From Macrostomum lignano (lineage: Eukaryota): 64,000 nt of DNA. Position numbers and translations under genes: made by a program. Shown one piece after another: positions 59,680 through 64,000 of the stretch (position 1 is its first letter; each line of letters begins with the position of its first letter). The notes below the pieces were generated by a model that was given only the letters and a program-made list of their open reading frames with translations, had not been told where the DNA came from and ran no database searches. Location: the NCBI GenBank assembly GCA_002269645.1, contig NIVC01001708.1:124001-188000 (forward strand). Reading direction: 5' to 3'.

Positions 59680-61295
59680 TTTAAGATGCAATTTTCTTGT
59701 GCCAGTTTTCCTTATGCCAGTTTAAGATGCCATTTTCCTTGCGCCAGTTTAAAATGCCATTTTCGTTATGAGAGTTTAAGATGCCATTTTCCTTATGCCA
59801 GATTCAAGATTCCATTTTCCTTATGCCAGATTCAAGATGCCATTTTCCTTATGCCAGATTCAAGATGCCATTTTCCTTATGCCAGATTCAAGATGCCATT
59901 TTCCTTATGCCAGTTTAAGATGCCATTTTCCTTATGCCATTTTCCTTATGCCAGTTTAAGATGCCATTTTTCTTATGCCAGTTTAAGATACCATTTTCCT
60001 TATGCCAGTTTAAGATTTCATTTTCCTTATGCCAGATTCAAGATGCCATTTTCCTTATGCCAGTTTAAGATGCCATTTTCCTTATGCCATTTTCCTTATG
60101 CCAGTTTAAGATGCCATTTTCCTTATGTCAGTTTAAGATGCCATTTTCCTTATGCCAGTTTAAGATTTCATTTTCCTTATGCCAGATTCAAGATGCCATT
60201 TTTCTTATGTCAGTTTAAGATGCCATTTTCCTTATGTCAGTTTAAGACGCCATTTTCCTGATGTCAGTTTAAGACGCCATTTTCCTTATGCCATTTTTAA
60301 GATGCCATTTTCCTTATGTCAGTTTAAGATGCCATTTTCCTTATGCCAGTTTAAGATGCCATTTTCCTGATGTCAGTTTAAGATGCCATTTTCCTTATGC
60401 CAGATTCAAGATGCCATTTTCCTTATGCCAGATTCAAGATGCCATTTTCCTTATGCCAGATTCAAGATTCCATTTTCCTTATGCCAGATTCAAGATGCCA
60501 TTTTCCTTGTGCCAGTTTAAGATGCCATTTTCCTTATGCCAGATTCAAGATGCCATTTTCCTTATGCCAGTTTTAAGATGCCATTTTCCTTATGCCAGAT
60601 TCAAGATGCCATTTTCCTTATGCCAGATTCAAGATGCCATTTTCCTTATGCCAGATTCAAGATGCCATTTTCCTTATGCCAGATTCAAGATGCCATTTTC
60701 CTTATGCCAGATTCAAGATGCCATTTTCCTTATGCCAGATTCAAGATGCCATTTTCCTTATGCCAGATTCAAGATGCCATTTTCCTTATGCCAGATTCAA
60801 GATGCCATTTTCCTTATGCCAGATTCAAGATGCCATTTTCCTTGTGCCAGTTTAAGATGCCATTTTCCTTATGCCAGATTCAAGATGCCATTTTCCTTAT
60901 GCCAGATTCAAGATGCCATTTTCCTTATGCCAGTTTTAAGATGCCATTTTCCTTATGCCAGATTCAAGATGCCATTTTCCTTATGCCAGATTTACGATGC
61001 CATTTCCTTATGCCAGTTTAAGATACCATTTTCCTTATGCCAGATTCAAGATGCCATTTTCCTTATGCCAGTTTAAGATACCATTTTCCTTATGCCAGAT
61101 TCAAGATGCCATTTTCCTTATGTCAGTTTAAGATGCCATTTTCCTTATGCCAGTTTAAGATGCCATTTTCCTTATGCCAGTTTAAGATGCCATTTTCCTT
61201 ATGCCAGTTTAAGATGCCATTTTCCTTATGCCATTTTCCTTATGCCAGTTTAAGATGCCATTTTCCTTATGTCAGTTTAAGATGCCATTTTCCTT
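59680..61295. repeat. 27-28-bp minisatellite (GCCATTTTCCTTATGCCAGATTCAAGAT), ~1.6 kb
   Basis: Tandem copies upstream of the RING gene. Confidence 0.96.
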
Positions 61296-61889
61296 TATGC
61301 AATTTTCATTAGACCATCTCACTTTTCTCAGCCTATGACTACACACACGACTAAATTTAAAAATATCAAATATAGAAAGAACAAAAACGTTAGAAAGCGT
61401 CTTAGTTTGACAACTGTAATAATAATATTCATAGAAAGCAACAACAGACTCGAATACTAATAAAAGGATCAATCAGTTAAACGAATGATGACGCTCTGCG
61501 AATTTCTCTGTGCTAGAGACAAAAAACAATCAAAAAAGCAAATTAAGAGATTCGCTGGCAATAAATCGAAAAAGAATATTGAAATCCACAGTTATGAGTA
61601 CGATAGTTAAAAGATAAAAAACTGATTTATTCAGATGATTTCAACCTAGCAAAATGGAACATGAAAAGACATTAAACAGCCTTACACTATATAGTGGCAA
61701 TAAAAAGAAAGTTAAATAGACATCAAATATACAAATGCCTTGATTTTGCTTTAATCTTGCATGAAGATCTTAAAGCACAAGACCTAACTAACATATTCTA
61801 ATATAATCACAGATTGAACCAGATATTAATCTTCAGAAATTAATCATACACAAAAACATGGATTTCATATTCCAATTTGAAATCGCATA

Positions 61890-62388
61890 TCCCACTCTAC
61901 AATTTCATATCCCAATCTTAAATCCCATATCCCACTCTTAAATCCCATTATCCCAATACTAAATCTCAATCTCAAATCCCATATCCCACTCTCAAATCCC
62001 ACATCCCACTCTCAAATCCCACATCCCACTCTCAAATCCCACATCCCACTATCAAATCCAATATCCCACTCTCAAATCCCACATCCCACTATCAAATCCC
62101 ATATCCCACTCTCAAATCCCACATCCCACTCTCAAATCCCACATCCCACTATCAAATCCCATATCCCACTCTCAAATCCCATATCCCAATTATAAATCCC
62201 ATATCCCACTCTCAAATCCCATATCCCAATTATAAATCCCATATCCCAATCATAAATCCCATAATCCCACTATCAAATCCCATATCCCACTCTCAAATCC
62301 CATATCCCACTCTCAATCCCACATCCCACTATCAAATCCCATATCCCACTCTCAAATCCCATATCCCAATCATAAATCTCAAATCCCA
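61890..62388. repeat. 20-bp minisatellite (ATATCCCACTCTCAAATCCC) abutting the KDELR-like stop codon
   Basis: Tandem copies read directly. Confidence 0.92.
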
Positions 62389-63708
62389 CTACGCGCAGCT
62401 TCGATGCGAGGCAGCGGCAGCCGCCCTCACCCGCCTATCAGCCCGATAATAAACCCGGCAGAAGTCCAGCAGCAGCAGGGTCTGCAAGCAGCCGGCCGCA
62501 GCCTCCAGACTGTCTGGCAGGGCGATGCCGATTGGCGCGCTGTGGGGGGATCCGCCGGACAGCCGGCGCAGCTCCATCAGCGAGTGCGCGCCGTGACAGG
62601 CGCGGTAAGCCAGCAAAGCCAGCAGGTAGCGCGGCCTGAGCACGCTGAGCAGACGCGAACTGGAGGCCGCAGCTTCAGAGTCGTCAGTCTGGGCAGAGTA
62701 GAGGAACAGCTGCGGGAGCAGCGCCACCGACTCAAGGTAGACGCCGAAGGAGCGCAACAGCTCAGCCGGGGTGAACTCGCGACAGGCCAACGCGGCCAGG
62801 CCGGCCGACGGTACGGCTAGGAGGGCCGAGGCGAACTGCTTCAACAGCAGCGGGCCGGAGGCAGCCGCGATGGCGCGCTGCTGGGAGATCACCTGGAGAG
62901 ATCGGTTGAGTACAGTACTGTTAGTCAGTCAGTCAGTCAGTCAGTCAGTCAGTCAGTCAGTCAGTCAGTCAGTCAGTCAGTCAGTCAGTCAGTCAGTCAG
63001 TCAGTCAGTCAGTCAGTCAGTCAGTCAGTCAGTCAGTCAGTCAGTCAGTCAGTCAGTCAGTCAGTCAGTCAGTCAGTCAGTCAGTCAGTCAGTCAGTCAG
63101 TCAGTCAGTCAGTCAGTCAGTCAGTCAGTCAGTCAGTCAGTCAGTCAGTCAGTCAGTCAGTCAGTCAGTCAGTCAGTCAGTCAGTCAGTCAGTCAGTCAG
63201 TCAGTCAGTCAGTCAGTCAGTCAGTCAGTCAGTCAGTCAGTCAGTCAGTCAGTCAGTCAGTCAGTCAGTCAGTCAGTCAGTCAGTCAGTCAGTCAGTCAG
63301 TCAGTCAGTCAGTCAGTCAGTCAGTCAGTCAGTCAGTCAGTCAGTCAGTCAGTCAGTCAGTCAGTCAGTCAGTCAGTCAGTCAGTCATCGTTTTCACCGA
63401 AAAACACCGTTTTCTAATCGCTAATTTCCGCTACCAACCTGAAGAGCGACCATCCACACGAGCATCACAGTCAGCAGTTCCACTGCACTGGCCGCCACTG
63501 CCGCAGCATCTGCTGGCCATCCGTGGCAGCAGCAGCAACTGCTGCGGGCAGTCAGCGCCGCTGCCAGCAAAATCTGCGAATTAACCGACAGTCCCAAGGC
63601 CGAGCGAGCGCCGGGGCATCGCCGCAGGCTGGAGCAGAGCAGGCCCAATGAGCACAGTTGGCACAGGTTGCCGGCTATGTGCAGAGGCTCATCCTCTCTG
63701 CTGCACAT
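62389..63708 (-). CDS. Divergent ER lumen protein-retaining (KDEL/ERD2-like) receptor, 2 exons
   Basis: Exons 63708-63439 and 62892-62389 (phase 0). Motifs GLSVNSQILLAAALTAR, SFGVYLESVALLPQL, YLLALLAYRA and AGCLQTLLLLDF line up with the ERD2 motifs GIS.KSQ.LF..VF..RY, FSIYLESVAILPQL, YLFALG.YR and AGLVQT..Y.DF as I recall them. Confidence 0.75.
62923..63386. repeat. Perfect (GTCA)n microsatellite filling the KDELR-like intron
   Basis: Read directly. Confidence 0.97.
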
Positions 63709-64000
63709 CCCGCTGAGACTAGCTTGCTCAGCCGCACTGAGCCTGCTGTTGTGAACAACTGCTCCAATATGGCTGCAGAAGACAAGAAGTAGAGATATCT
63801 CAATTGAGAGTAGAAAGGGATAAAGGGAGAGTAGAAAGGGATAAAGGGGAGAGAAGAAAGGGATAAAAGGGATAAAAGGGAGAGTTACTATAAATAATAG
63901 TAAACTTAAAATACATTTTTTACAACTAAGATTATCTAGATAAAACCTAATATATCAATAAGACATTTTTAATTTTCAATGCACTATAGCTAGGCTAACC

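Noticed and set aside
9404-61295. CRISPR-like arrays
   Set aside because: All arrays are head-to-tail tandem repeats without unique spacers, and there are no cas genes.

Overview
Eukaryotic (metazoan) genomic DNA with GC-rich coding exons, GT-AG introns and a different minisatellite in most introns. This organisation resembles the flatworm Macrostomum, but the organism is my inference only. Plus-strand genes: PLD6/Zucchini (2 exons), ABHD16A (8 exons, 12082-30413), Rab21 (2 exons) and an SLC24/NCKX exchanger (at least 13 exons). Minus-strand genes: a divergent amine-type GPCR nested in the 13.3-kb sixth intron of ABHD16A, a MIER-family ELM2-SANT gene, a RING-finger gene and a divergent KDEL-receptor-like gene. 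Mobile elements: a decayed Ty3/Gypsy gag-pol fragment at the left edge; a full-length decayed P-superfamily (THAP) transposon with 37-bp TIRs and a degenerate 8-bp TSD (23741-27262); a small MITE; and a Crypton-like tyrosine-recombinase element with all catalytic residues intact, flanked by inverted TATGG-core motifs, in NCKX intron 4. No rRNA, tRNA or CRISPR array was recognised. All gene models were built by hand from splice signals, reading phase and remembered family motifs; no database search was run.
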